DNA from: Chiloscyllium plagiosum
Taxonomy: Eukaryota
Assembly (NCBI RefSeq): GCF_004010195.1
Contig: NC_057754.1
Coordinates: 12,755,332-12,819,331 of the forward strand
Length of the DNA stretch: 64,000 nt
Reading direction: 5' to 3'
The notes under the pieces were generated by a model. It was not told where the DNA came from. It saw nothing but the letters and a program-made list of their open reading frames with translations, and ran no database searches. A program made the translations under genes and the position numbers. Shown in pieces: positions 33,126 to 46,420 of the stretch; positions within the stretch are counted from its first letter, which is position 1; each line of letters starts with the position of its first letter.

Positions 33126-35740
33126 TTGGCGATCAGGCCTTGGCATTAAGTCCACATTTGCCAGAGTGTTGCATCAAAGATTTCTGGACAAACTATGGGC
33201 ATCAGGAAAAATACTTTACACTCCTCTCTGGCACAAAGGAAGATGGTTGTGGTTGATAGTGATTAGTCATCCCAGCTCCAGGACATCTCTGCAGGTGTTC
33301 CCCAGGTTGTCCAAGACACAACCAGCTTTAGCTGCTTCATCGTGATGTTGAACGATGATTTCACAATGTCCAGCATCATTCCGGATTCCTGAAATCCTGA
33401 AGCTGCGTATGTTGAATTGCAACAAGATTTGGGCAATATCCAGACTTAGATTGAGAAGTCATATGTAAGATTTCATCAAATGAATTCCAGTCAAAAGCAT
33501 CTCCATTAAAATGCAATTTAGCTACCATCCCTTGATATTCCATGGTGTTGCCAACACTAACTCCCGTACTACCAATATCGTAGCTTTGCTATTCACCAGA
33601 AACTGAAAAAGACTAGCCATGAAAATATAGTAGCTACAACAGCAGTTCAGAGGACAGGAATACTGTGGCCAATAACTCACCTTCTGACTCTCTCCAGAGC
33701 CTCTCTACCATCTGCATGAACATGGAATCTAGGGACATTGAGGAAATAAATTTTGCTGTTTTGAATTACAGTGAAGGAGGTGCTGGAGATCATAACATGA
33801 ATAAAGGTAGATATATCTCCAGGACCTGATCCAGTCATTCCAGAGGTTTGTGGGAAACAATGGAACAGATTGCTAGGCCTCTTCCTGTGATAACTGTATC
33901 ATCAACAGCCAGGGTGAGGGCTGGCGAATTGGAAGGTAGCAAATGTGTTGCCGCTATTTAAGAAAGATAGTGAGGAAAGCAGGAAAACTATAGTCTGATG
34001 ACCCTGATGTCAGTGGTGGGTCAGTTTTTGGAGAGGCTTCTGAGACATAGGGTTTACCATAGGGACTGATTAGGCATTATCAACTTGGATTTGTGGAAGG
34101 AAAATCATGTCCACTATCTTAACTGGGTTTTTTTTTGAAGAGGGAACAAAGGATGTTGGTGCATGCAGATCAGTAGATCTTGTGTATATGGCCTTCGGTA
34201 AGGTTTGTGTCAATATTCCACGTGGTAGACTGGTTATCAAGGTTAGATCATATGGGATATATGGAGAACTAGCTAATTAGACACAACATTGCCTTCAAGG
34301 TAGGAGACAGAGAGTGGTGGTAAAGTTGTTTTTCAGGATGGAGCCTATGACCATCAGTTATCAGTACTGGACATTGTATTTTGTTATTTATAAAAATGTT
34401 TTAGTTTTGAATATAAGAGGTATGGTTAGCAAGTTTGCAGATAACAACAACATTGGTGATATATTGGTCAGGGAAAAAAGTTGTCTGAGGGTGCAACGGG
34501 ACAATGGGCTAAATGTGAGATGTTGCATTTTCATTCGGCAAACAAGAACAGGAATTATACACTTAATGGCAGGACCTCGGGCAATTTCAACAGCAGGGGT
34601 GCAGCTGCTTCCTTCCTTGAAAGTGGGGTCGCATGTAAACAGGGTGGTGTAAAAAGGCGTTTGGTACAATTGGTAAGTGCATTGAGTGTAGGATTTGGGA
34701 CATTGATATTGATAACGCCAATTTTTGAATCACTTTCAAACTTCCTGCTATGGGTCAGGTGTTACTCAACCTTAAATGTTTCAGTGAAAACAAAGAGAAG
34801 TTGCCAAGACTGGGAGGTTTGAGGCATAGTGAGAGGCTAACTTTTCTCCTTGAATCGTTGGAGGCTGAGAGGTGACATTATAGAGATTTGGAAAATCATG
34901 AGGGGGCATGGATAAACTGAATAGCCATTATCTTTTTTTCCAAAAGTAGGGGAGTCCAAAACTAGACAGCATAGGTTTACGGGGAGAGGAGAATGATTTG
35001 AAACGGACCTGAGGTGCAACCTTTGCACTCAGAGGGTGGTACATGTATGGAAAGAGCTGCCAGAGGACGTGGTGGAGATGGTTAAAATTATAGCATTTAG
35101 AAGGCACTTGGATGGGCATATGAATGATAAGGGTTTGGAGGGATATGGGCCAAATACAGGAAAATCGAATTAAATCAGTTTAGAAAGACTCGTCACCATG
35201 GACAAGTTGTTTCTATCCCGTCCAACTCTATGACTCTATCGGTAAGGCACTAGTCATGACTGTAATGCTATACTTCCCAACTGTCTGAATAAGTAAAGCT
35301 ACACAGCACTCAAGAAGCTTGACACTATCCAGGGGAAAGCAGTCTGCTGGCTTGGCATCACAATAAGCGTTTGCTCCCTCCACCATTCGCAGCATTTTAT
35401 TTTATCTAAAAGATTCACTGCAGAAATTCAGCATAGATCCTTAGGAAACACCTTAAAAAGCCATAACCACTTCTATCTCGAAGACAGCACATACATAGAA
35501 ACACCAGCAACTGCAAGTTCGTTTCCAATTCAATGAACATTTTGTCTTGGAAACAGATAACCTTCCCTTCGCTGTCGCTGGTCAAAATCCTGCAATTCCC
35601 TCCCTCAGAACATTGTAGATCTAACAATAACACGTGAATCGCAGTGGTTCAAGAATGCAGATCACCACTTTTCTTCTCAATTGCAACTGAAGACTATAGG
35701 TTGCTCAGGCTATGGCACCCATATCCCACGAGTGAACAAG
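33126..35740 (+). mobile_element. Old second LINE family (L2/CR1-group, 33126-33720 plus 35245-35740) interrupted by a CR1 copy (33722-35240)
   Basis: ccagctccaggacatctctgcagg RT block and actcaagaagcttgacactatccagg 3' block are shared with 38810-40310 and 60810-61990. Inner CR1 has KFADNN and the ctctatgactctat tail. Confidence 0.8.
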
Positions 35741-37989
35741 TACAAAACAATGTCTTGTGTAAGTGAAACAACGTCTTTCACAACAAAGTATTCAACATGC
35801 ATTGCTGATTAATTGCTGTATCTGAATTCGTCCACCCCTCCAACCCACCAGATGTGCTGCACCGCTCATGACTCCTTTCAGCATTCAAAATAACTCACTT
35901 CTTCTGCTAACCTACCGCTTGCTGACAAATCAGTCTTCTTTCCAGGCTAATGTGTATTTGTTTGTTTAACAGTTTTAGATAGAGTTACTGCTGCGTTAAA
36001 TAGCTTACCTTATGTTGATTCATTCAGTTCATGAACAATGTTGTAGCTGCCCAGGACTGAGTTGACAAGATGGCCACTTGTGCTTTTTAGCTAACACAAG
36101 ATGACTGCATGGGGTTGACAGTTCGCAGATGCTCACATCTAGACGTGTAGCCTCCATACCGGAATACTAGATAAGATCAGAGTCTCCTTAAGAAGGAATA
36201 TTAAGGAAATTAATCAGGTTTCTGCAAAGAGACAGTCCGAAAGATATGAACATTCTAAAAAAGGGCACCTTCGGTTGACCAAGTTTAGCCACAATCTCAA
36301 GTTTGATATTTAGTCAAAAAAAGTCTGATCCTACAGTATCTTGAAATATTTAGGTAACTGTAGAATTAGAAGGATAAACAATAATCATTGAATGAAGATT
36401 TTTGCATTCTTTGATTAAATGTTTCCAGAAAATAAAGGGGCCCAATTGCACTATTGTGGAAGATACCATAACAAATGGTGTAAACACGACCTTCGATAAA
36501 CCATTGGCCAGATTCTAAAAACACTGGTCATGACTGAGAGATAAATCGTTGAAACTTAAGTGCAGATGTAGATAATTCAATCAAGTTCTTATATCCAAAC
36601 ATAAAGGGAAGAGTGACAAAGACAGATCACAAATTAGAGGGTGAAGATGTACCTGTACTCCCACTGTTTGTGGAATCTAAACAAGTGTCATTTCATGGCT
36701 CAGTAAAGTGATTGAATTTCACGTTCATCAGTGCAGTTCAAACAGATGTTTAATGGAAATTAGTAAAGCTTTATTTAACAAAAAAACTTTGTTTCAAAAT
36801 CCACTTAAAACATGCAAATAATGCAGGTCAAAAACGACAGCTCCAAGTAAGGAGGACTATTGTTTGATCTCTAGGGCTGTCGTGACAGAGAAGGGTTGTT
36901 CTCAATTTGTCAGATGTGTCACAGTAACTTTACATTAGAGTTGATTTTAAAGATTTGTAAAAATTGGTAGAAGTTAATATCATTCCTAATCTGCCATATT
37001 AAAGTTAGTGCAGAAGTTTGAAGAGTCCTTTGTGAATATCAATTGCTCAGTTAAATGGCAAATATTATAGTGCAGCTGGCAAATATTTAAGAAGGAATAT
37101 AACTCTCAGAAGCGTTGTAAGATCACAAATACAGATGATGACGATAGCTAGTAGGCATCATGAAATTATGGGAGGACCTAATGTTGTCGTCCATCATTGA
37201 TCACGTGTTTACTGGATTGGAGGTGTTTATTAGGGTGGTGTAAAGGAAAAAGAAGAGATGGAAATACTAAATTGAAAACTTTCCCTTAGTGATGTTTGTG
37301 ACCTTGTCTATTTGTTAAAGAGAATTGAATTTGATAACCAAACAATGACGTGTGGAGAGATAAGTGAAACCTTAGATCTTTATGATCTTTTGAGAAGGTC
37401 ATAAAATAATCAAGAATATGTGGCATTTTATTGGGTTTTCAGGAATCCCTGACACTAGTCAAAATTAAATTGGTACAAACGACGGGAATATTGCACTGAA
37501 CAGCTTACAGTCATCTGCATCTACCTAACAAATAGTATGACATGAAATGGTTAATGTGGCTCGTAAATTGACAAACTATCTTAGTTCACAGGAAAATGGC
37601 ACCTACTCCTGAGCGAAACTGAAATAGATTCAAGTGAGAGGAATTGCAAGGAACAAGGAGAATTTAGATGAAAATAATTAAAGGCAGATAATTATTTAAT
37701 CAGGTAGTAGTGGAGCTAAATAGAAAGTTGTGCCGTTCCCAATGGATAAACACGTATAGTGAGTCAAGAATAGTTTGTAAATCTGACAGGATCTGTGGTA
37801 AAGGACCGCGCTGAACATGAATGCATGCAAGAAGTTGATGATGGAGAGCGTGGCACGATTGCTGAGGAACCATTAGTAGGAGACTGAGTGCTTTGTTAGT
37901 TGGAAATAGATGAAGGAAATGTTATGAGGGAACAGTGGTAGATGAAGAGACGAGTTTGATGGCAATAGAGCAGATTTCATGGGAAGGAG

Positions 37990-38290
37990 GATGAACAAGT
38001 TAAAGTGTTTGTAGAAGCATTCCCCTGCAGGAAGTGCTTGGCAGGAACACTTGCAACAATTCTGGCAGAACAGATTATACGTTGTCGGGTGAGGAACACT
38101 TACAAGTAGACTGTAATCAAGGGATAATTTTACAGTGAAAATAAGTAAGCAAAAATGTGCCCTGTTAGGTATTAAACAGTAATTAAATCTCCCATATCAC
38201 CCTAAAGTTCAGATATGGTAAAATGAATGAATTCGACATGTAAAGCTAGACTGACTAAAACCATGATAGGGATGTGACAAAGATACGGTT
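37990..38290 (+). mobile_element. Decayed retroviral-type (ERV-like) integrase core
   Basis: Across frameshifts and stops: FVEAFPCRKCLAGTLATILAEQII / LQVDCNQG / LLGIKQ*LNLPYHPK / SDMVK*MNSTCKARLTKTM, matching rve motifs WVEAFP, DSDQG, PYHPQSSGxVERxN. Confidence 0.8.
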
Positions 38291-38294
38291 AAAC

Positions 38295-38805
38295 CAGTTC
38301 CCGTCGTGCCAGTCAATCCTGCCCGGGAGAAAAGTCTCTGGCTATTGACTCTATCCATGCCTTGCTGAATTCCTTCGTCGAACTGCCTTGTCACATCCTC
38401 AAAGAACTCTTCACATAGCTATGCTGACTGCCTTTAATCACGCTATGCTTTCCCAAATAGTCATAAATCCTATCCCTCAGAATTATTTCCAAAACCTTAC
38501 TGACCACAGACGTGAGACTAACTGGTCTGTAATTGCCAGGGATTTCCCTGTTACCTTTCTTGAGAAAAGGAACAACATTTGCCTCCTTCCAGTCCTCTGG
38601 TATGACTCCCGTGAAGAGTGAGGAGTCAAAGATCTTCACCAGGGGCTTAGCAACCAGGAGCACCCTGGGATTAAACTGGCTTGGCCCTGAGGAGTTATCA
38701 ATCTTAATGTTTGCCAAGATTTCCAGTACATCAACTTCAGCAATCTTGATATGTTCAAGCCTGTATCCCAGCTCATCAAAGTTCTCATTCACAACAAGGT
38801 CCCAT
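38295..38805 (-). mobile_element. CR1 ORF2 fragment
   Basis: ORF 38391-38822 (PEDWKEANVVPFLKKG, NYRPVSLTSVV). Confidence 0.9.
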
Positions 38806-38809
38806 TCAA

Positions 38810-40310
38810 CCCAGACTATCATCGCCTCATCAGTATACTATCGATCAAGTGATGGATGGTGCTATCAAGCAGCACCTGTTCAGCAATATCCTGCTTAGTG
38901 ACACCTAGTTTGGGTTCCGTCAGGAGACTCTGCTCTTGATGTCATTACAACCTTGCTTCAAACATGGACAAAAGAGCGAAATTCCAGACCTGTGGTGAGA
39001 GTGACAACCCTTGAATTAAGGTTGCATTAGACCGAATGTGTCAGCAGGGCATCCTAGCCAAACTGGAATCAATGGGTATCGGGGCAAGTTCTTCGCTAGT
39101 TGGAATCATGCCTGGCACATAGAAAGATGGCCGTCGTTATAGAGTCATAGACATAACGCATAGAAACCCTTTGTGCCAACCAGTTCATGCAGAAGATAAT
39201 CCCAAACTAGTGCCACCCGTCTGTGCTTGCACATATCGCTGCAAGCATTTTTTTATTCATGTACATACTTCAATCTTTTAAATAATTTAGCTGCAACCGA
39301 ATCAACCACTTCCTTTGTAACTTCATTTTACTCACGAACCACTATCTACAAAGAAAACGCTTCCTGCAATGTCTTTTAAAAATCGTCCTTCTTTCGCCTT
39401 AAATAAAGGCCCCCGTCTTGAAATCCCCTACCCTAGAGAAAAGACACCCGCCATTTTCCTGTTGGAAGTCAGTTATCCCTGCTCCAGGGCATCCCTGTAG
39501 GATTCCATTAGGGTAGTTTTTTAAAACCAACTTTCTTCATTTGCTCATCAGTGACCTGCCCGCTTTCATAACAACAGAAGAAGAGATGTTTGAGATGATT
39601 ATACAATGTTCAGCACCATTCATAACTCCTCAGATGCCGAAGCAGTGCATGTTCAAATGTGACAAGATCTGGACAATATCTAAGCCTAGATTGACAAGTG
39701 GTTAATAACACATGTTCCATACAAATGCCAGAATGTGACTATCAGCATAGTCCAACCACCATCGCTTGCCTTTCAAAGGTGTTGTCACCACTGAATCCCC
39801 GACGAGCAACATTCTGGGGTCGACATTTCCCAGAAATTCAACCTGACGAGCCATATAAACACGATGTCTACAAGAGCACCTCAGAGACTGTGAATACTGC
39901 TGGTAACTCACCTCCCGTCTAACCAAAGCCGATCCATCATCTGAAAGTCACAAGACAGGAGTGCATTGAAGCATCCCTCACCTCCCTGGAGGAGCCCACC
40001 TCCAGAAAGACTCAAGAAGCTCTACACTATCCAGGATAAAGCAGAAAGCTTGTTTGGCATTGTATCAACTGCATCAATTCACTCCACCAACGATGCTAAA
40101 TTGCAACATTGTGTATTTTCTACAAGGTGCACTGAAAGAAATTCATAAAACATCCACAGCACATTCCATACCCACAACAAATTGCAACTGCAAGGAGACA
40201 GGCAGCAGATACTGGGGAACTCCACCATCATGTTCCCCTCAGCATCCTGGCTTGGAAATATATCACCCTAACACCGCTCTAACTGCGAAATTCCTGGAAT
40301 TCCTCCCCGA
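38810..40310 (+). mobile_element. Second LINE family remnant with nested minus-strand CR1 3' tail (~39140-39460)
   Basis: Homologous to 33126-33720/35245-35740. Confidence 0.75.
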
Positions 40311-40517
40311 ATGGAGTGACGAATATGCAGACGCAGAGAAAACGATACGAATTTCTACCTCAGCCTTGTGCATTCTTATTGTTTCTGCCGATGCATCGTT
40401 ATACCTATTTCGCGGCATAATCATTGCCTCTTTCTATCAATAACTCCCTTTTTTATTACATCTCGGTTACTCTTCATCCCTGCCTTTCGTTCACCATTTT
40501 GTTTTCCCTATCACGCA

Positions 40518-40520
40518 CTG

Positions 40521-40553
<33 letters not shown>

Positions 40554-40690
40554 GTCTCATGTTCTCTGATTTTCCACATGGGTCTCTCTCTCGCACTCTC
40601 TCTTTCTCTCTCTCTCTCTGTCGCCTCCGTCTCTCTCTCCGTCTTTTTTCTACCTCTGCCCTTTATTTATTTTTTGTCTCCATCTGTTTT
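40518..40690. repeat. (CT)n microsatellite, partly degenerate
   Basis: Seen directly. Confidence 0.9.
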
Positions 40691-42000
40691 GTAACTCGGA
40701 TCTTTCTGTGTATTAAGTCATTCGTCTCTGCAACTTCTCACAATGTCGTCTATATATCACTACAGTTTTTTTTAGATGGAAATATAGAGGACATTTTATT
40801 TGTAAACGTGATTCAGGCTATCACAGGGTATTCAGAATATCACAGAGTGGGCGACATTCCAGTCCCTTCTTTCTGTTTATTTTTTCCCTTGCCCTCTCTC
40901 TCTCAATGTCCTCTGTTTCTCCTCATGGGCCTGTGTCTTTCCCCCTCTCTGCTCTGTCCCAAGTCTCTTCCAGACTCTAACTCGCTGAGAGTGTGGCATG
41001 CAGGAGGGAGATTTGCACAATGATCGTAAAATGCTGTTGTGAAAGCAGTGGGATTCTACTGTTTCCTCAGTATGTTCGGATTTTCACTAGCATTGTTGCC
41101 AAACTGGAGAGGAAGGGCTTATGGCAGATATCTCACTGAGTGGGTGGCAGGGGTTGCCTGTATCCTGGCATCTTGCTGTACATAATGGCAGTCAGTCAAA
41201 GGACCATTTCCTCTCTGTTCATAAACGTCATTTCCTGCAGTCCAGGAATTTCCCTTCCTGAAGGGAAATATTGTATCAGAATTTGTCTTTTTTAAAAATG
41301 TGTTGTGCAAAGAGCGGATAATAGAGGGAGAAATTTCAGGGGAAGATTAAGCATCAGAGAGAAATCCAATTACACAGCACGCATAATGTTTCATGAGTGA
41401 CTTCTTGAGATGCGGTTAACTGCCATTTGGCCAACTGTGTTTGCACTTGCTCTCTGAGCTTTTTTTTAACCTAATGCCTTTTCTCCAAAACCCCATGCGT
41501 TACTTAAATATTTATTTCAACTTGATTGCACCACATTTCGGGCAGAGCATTTTAGATCCTGCTTGCTGGTGAAAACATTTTTTGAAATATGGAATTTGCT
41601 CTGTTTGCAGAAGACGTTAAAACTCTCCTCTTTGCTTCTAGATCCTTTTATAAATGGGTAGAGTTTTCCCCTCATCTTCTCTGTCCTGATCTCCCATGAC
41701 TTTGAGACCTTTCACCGGATCTTCACTTAGGCTTTTCTTTCCAAGGAAAATCAGTCCCAACGTATCCAATACATCCTTCAAACTGAAGTTCCTCATTTAA
41801 CCAATTACTCCTGAAAATATATTTTGCCCTTTCTCCCTTGCGTTCATATATTTCTAAAGAGCCATAGATCGGGTTGACAGCTGGAAATGTCACCCCAGAG
41901 TCGAAACATTTAATATTAGAGGGCACACATGCACGGTAAAAGGGGAAAGTTCAAAGGAAATGTGAGGGGCAAGGTTTAGCTGCGTGGAACAAACACAGGT

Positions 42001-45000
42001 AGTCATAGAATCATAGTCATAGAGTCATAGAGATGTACAGCACTGAAACAAACCCTTCAGTCCAACTCGTCCATGTCAATAGGATATCTCAACCCAATCT
42101 CGGCCCACCTGCCAGCACACCGTCCACATCCTTCCAAACCATTCAAATTCATGTACCCAAACAGATGCCTTTTAAATGTTCCAATTGTACTAGTCTCCAC
42201 CACGTCCTCTGGCAGTTAATTCCGTACATGTACCACCCTCTGCGTGAAAACGTTGGCCCTAAGATCTCCTTTATACCTTTCCCTTCACACCCTCTAGTTC
42301 TGTACTCACCCACCCTAGGGAAAAGACTTTGACTATTTATCTTATCCATGGCCCTCGTGATTTTATAAACGTCTATAAGGTCATTCATCAGCCTCCGAAG
42401 CTCCAGGGAAAACAGCCCTAGCCGATCCAACTACTCCCTATATCTCAAATCCTCCAATATCTTTGTAAATCCAACATCCTTGTAAATCGTTTCTGAACCC
42501 TTTCAGGTTTCACAACATGCTTCCAAAAGTGGCCTAAACAATGTCCTGTGATTCTGCAACATGACCTCCCAACTCCAGTAATCAATACCCTGAACAATAA
42601 AGGTAAGTGTACCAAACGCCCTCTTCATTATCATATCAAACTGAGACTCCACTTTCAAGGAGTTTTAAACCTGCACTCTACGGTCTCTTTGTTCAGCGAC
42701 ATTCCCAAGGACTTTACCATTAAATATATAAGTCCTGCTAAGATTTGCTTCCCCAAAATGCAGCACCTTGTATTTATCTGAATTAAACTTCATCTGCCAC
42801 TCCTCAGCCCATGGGCCCAGCTGATAAAAATTCCGTTGTATTCTAAGGTAACATTCTTCCTGATCGACCACACCTCCAATTATGGTGTTACCTGCAAACT
42901 TCTTAACGATATCTCTTATGCTCATTGATATAAATGACGAAAGGTAGTGGACCCAGAACGGGTCTTTGTGGCATTCCACTGGTCACAGGTGTCCAGTCTG
43001 AAGAAACATCCCTCCACCACCACCCTCTGTCTTCTATCTTTGAGCCAGTTCTGTATCCAAATGGCTAGTTCTCTCTGTATTCCATGAGATCTAACCTTGT
43101 TAACCAATCTAGCATGGGGAACCTTGTCACAGGCCTTGCTGAAGTCTGTATAGATCATGTCTACCGCACTGCCCTCAATCAATCCTCTTTGTTACTTCTT
43201 CGAAATCTCAATCAAATTTGTGAGACATGATTGCCCACGCACAAGGCCACATTGACTACCCCAATGATTCCTTCTCTTTCCAAATGCACGCACATCGTGT
43301 CACTCAGAATTCCCTCTAACAACTTGCCACTACTGATGTCAGGCGTAGCGGTCTATAGTTCCCCGACTTGTCCTTACTACCTTTCTTAAATAGTGGCAGC
43401 ACGTTAGCAGATCTCCAGTCTTCTGGCACCTCACCTGTGACTATTGATGACACAAATATCTCAGCAAGGGAAATAGCAGTCACTTTACCAGCATCCTATA
43501 GAGTTCTGGGATACATCTGATCAGTTTCTGGGTATTTAGAACAAAGAACGTAGAACATAGAACAGTGCAGCACAGAATAGGCCCTTCAGCCCATGATGTT
43601 GTACCGACCATTGATCCTCATGTCTGCATCCTCAAATATCTGTGACCATATGCATGTCCAACAGTCTCTTAAATGTCCCCAGTGACCTGGCTTCCACAAC
43701 TGCTGCTAGCAACGCATTCCATGCTCTCACAACTCTCTGTGTAAAGAACCCGCCTCTGACATCTCCTCTATACCTTCCTCCAACCAGCTTAAAACTATGA
43801 CCCCTCGTGTTAGCCATTTCAGCCCTGGTGAATAGTCTCTCTGGCTATCGACTCTATTTATGCCTCTCATTATCTTGTATATCTAAATTGATCCCCTCTC
43901 TTCCTCCTTTTCTCCAATGAAAAACGTCCGAGCTCAGTCAACCTCTCTTCATAAGATAAGCCCTCCAGGTCAGACAGCATCCTGGTAAACCTCCTCTGAA
44001 CCCTCTCCAAAGCATCCACATCTTTCCTATAATAGGGCAACCAAAACTGGACGCAGTATTCCAAGTGCGGTCTAACCAAAGTTTTATAGAGCTGCAACAA
44101 GGTCTCACGACTCTTAAACTTAATCCCCCTCTTAATGAAAGCCTAAACACCATATCCTTTCTTAACAACCCTGCCCACTTGGGTGGCCATTTTAAGGGAT
44201 CTATGTACCTGCACCCCAAGATCCCTCCGTTCCTCCACACTGCCAAGAAGCCTATCCTTAATCCTGTACTCAGCTTTCAAATTCGACCGTCCAAAAAGCA
44301 TCACCTCGCATTTATCCAGGTTGATTTCCATCTGCCACCTCTCAGCTCATCTCTGCAACCTGTCAATGCCCCGCTGCAGCCTACAACAGCCCTCTATACT
44401 GTCAACGACACCTCCAACCTTTGTGTCATCTGCAATCTTGCCGACCCATCCTTCAATCCCCTCATCCAAGTCATTAATAAAAATTACAAACAGTAGAGGC
44501 CCAAGGACGGAGCCCTGTGGAACACCACTCACTACTGATTTCCAGGCAGAATATTTTCCTTCTATTACTACTCGCTGTCTTCTGTTGGCCAGCCAATTCT
44601 GTATCCAGTTAGCTAAGTTCCCCTGTATCTCATTCCTCCCGACCTTCTGAATCAGCCTACCATGGGGAACCTTATCAAATGCTTTGCTGAAAAGTATTTA
44701 TCTACTTTTATGCGTTTCAAGATATCAAGCACGCCTTCCTCTGTAATATGGACATTTTTCAAGAAATCGCCATCTATTGCATTCCATTGTATACCTTCCA
44801 TGCCAATTTCCACAGTAAACATGGATGCACAATGGTCGTTTAGCATCTTTCCCGTCTCCTGAGGCTCCACACAAAGGCCGTCTTGTTGATTTTTGAGGCG
44901 CCCTATTTTCTCCCTCGTTACCCTTTTGTCCTTAATGTATTTGTAAATAAAAGCCCTTAGTTTGCCAAAACTATCTCATGTCCCCTTTTTGCCCTCCTGA

Positions 45001-45550
45001 TTTCCTCCTTAAGTATACTCCTACTGCCTTTACATCCTTACAAGGTTTCACTCGATCTATCCTGTCTATACATGACACATACTTCCTTCTTTTTCTGAAC
45101 AAAACCCTCAATTTCTTTAGTCATCCAGCACTCGCTATAATTATCCGCATTTCCTTTCATCCTAACAGGAATATGCAATCTCTGAACTCTCGTTATCTCG
45201 CTTCTGAAGGCTTCCCATTTTCCAGACGTCCGTTTGTCTGCAAACATCTGCCCCCAATCAGCTTTTGAAAGTTCTTTCCTAATACCGCAAAAATTGTCCT
45301 TTCTCCAATTTAGAACTTCAACTTTTAGAACTGGCCCATCCTTTTCCATGACTATTCTAAAATTAATCGAATTATGGTCGCTGGTCCCAAAGTACTTCCC
45401 CACTGACACATCAGTCACTTGCCCTGCCTTATTTCCCAAGAGTAGGTTTCGTTTTGCACCTTCTCTAGTAGGTGCATCCACATACTGAATAATAAAAAAA
45501 TTCTTGTACACATTTAACGAATTTCTCTCCATCTAAACCCATAACACTAT
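42001..45550 (-). mobile_element. CR1 LINE (42001-43538 plus 44694-45550) interrupted by a younger CR1
   Basis: (catagagt)-type 3' tail at 42001; RT ORFs 42665-43182; APE C-terminus ORF 45038-45532. Sequence resumes in register after 44700. Confidence 0.92.
43539..44693 (-). mobile_element. 5'-truncated CR1 of another subfamily with 7-bp TSD gtattta
   Basis: ORFs 43632-44532 (GVPQGSVLGPLLF, KIADDTK, LVRPHLEYCVQFW); gtattta at 43532-43538 and 44694-44700. Confidence 0.93.
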
Positions 45551-45829
45551 GTGATGAAGGCCGATGCATTATGGGCTTTTCGGAGGTTGTTAGATAAACA
45601 CAGACATAAGCAAAGATGGAGAGCTATGGACATTGAGCAGGCAGAAGGGAATAATTTAATTTAGCGTCATTTTAGCACAACATCGTAGTCCAAATAACAT
45701 TGTAGCACAACATCGTGGTCCTGTTCTTGTGTTATACTGTTGTATGTTCTAAAGTAATGTTCCCACAACAGTACACAATACTGCAGGTCAGGTTCAAGGA
45801 CTGTCCTATAAAAGTCCTGAAATACCAGA

Positions 45830-46420
45830 TACCTTGCAGACAAACACCTCACTAACTACTCTACCTTATGTACAAAAAAAATCTCAGAACAGACAACTAG
45901 ACTTCTCTGTCCAATCGAATTTATGACAGCTCATAAACCGAAAGCTACAGTCAGATAATAACTCACCAGAACTGAAGACCCAATACCCATCATGGGCAAG
46001 GCAATGTGCTATAAAAGATTCCATTCAAAGACTGTACGAGATACAACACATGAACACCAACGAGCCACGAAACGCTACGACCTAGCAGCCAAAAACACAA
46101 ATGACAAGGAACACAAATTCGACTGGGATAAAGTAACTATAATCGGACAAGCCACACAGAGGACAACCAGAAAATTTCTAGAAGCATGATACTCACCCAT
46201 GGACTCCATCAATAATGACATTGACCTGGATCGAATAAATCAACTTTCACAATTAACAAATGGAACCAGCATTTGGCAGAGCAGAACGGAACTAAATAAA
46301 TTCCAGAAGATTCAGTACAGCAGCGCTTCACAGGAGCTCCAAAACACAAAAAATGCTATCTGGACAGGGGAAGAAACGAGTGCAAATCAAGGTCCCAGCT
46401 CAGCAAACATACCCACATCT
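45830..46420 (+). mobile_element. Penelope-like element remnant (GIY-YIG endonuclease C-terminal region and 3' end)
   Basis: ORF 45992-46189 HEHQRATKRYD..KEHKFDWDKVTIIGQATQRTTRKFLEA, then SINNDIDLD. Confidence 0.8.

Noticed and set aside
40368..41023. 108- and 199-aa plus-strand ORFs
   Set aside because: Driven by the (CT)n microsatellite; no recognisable domain.
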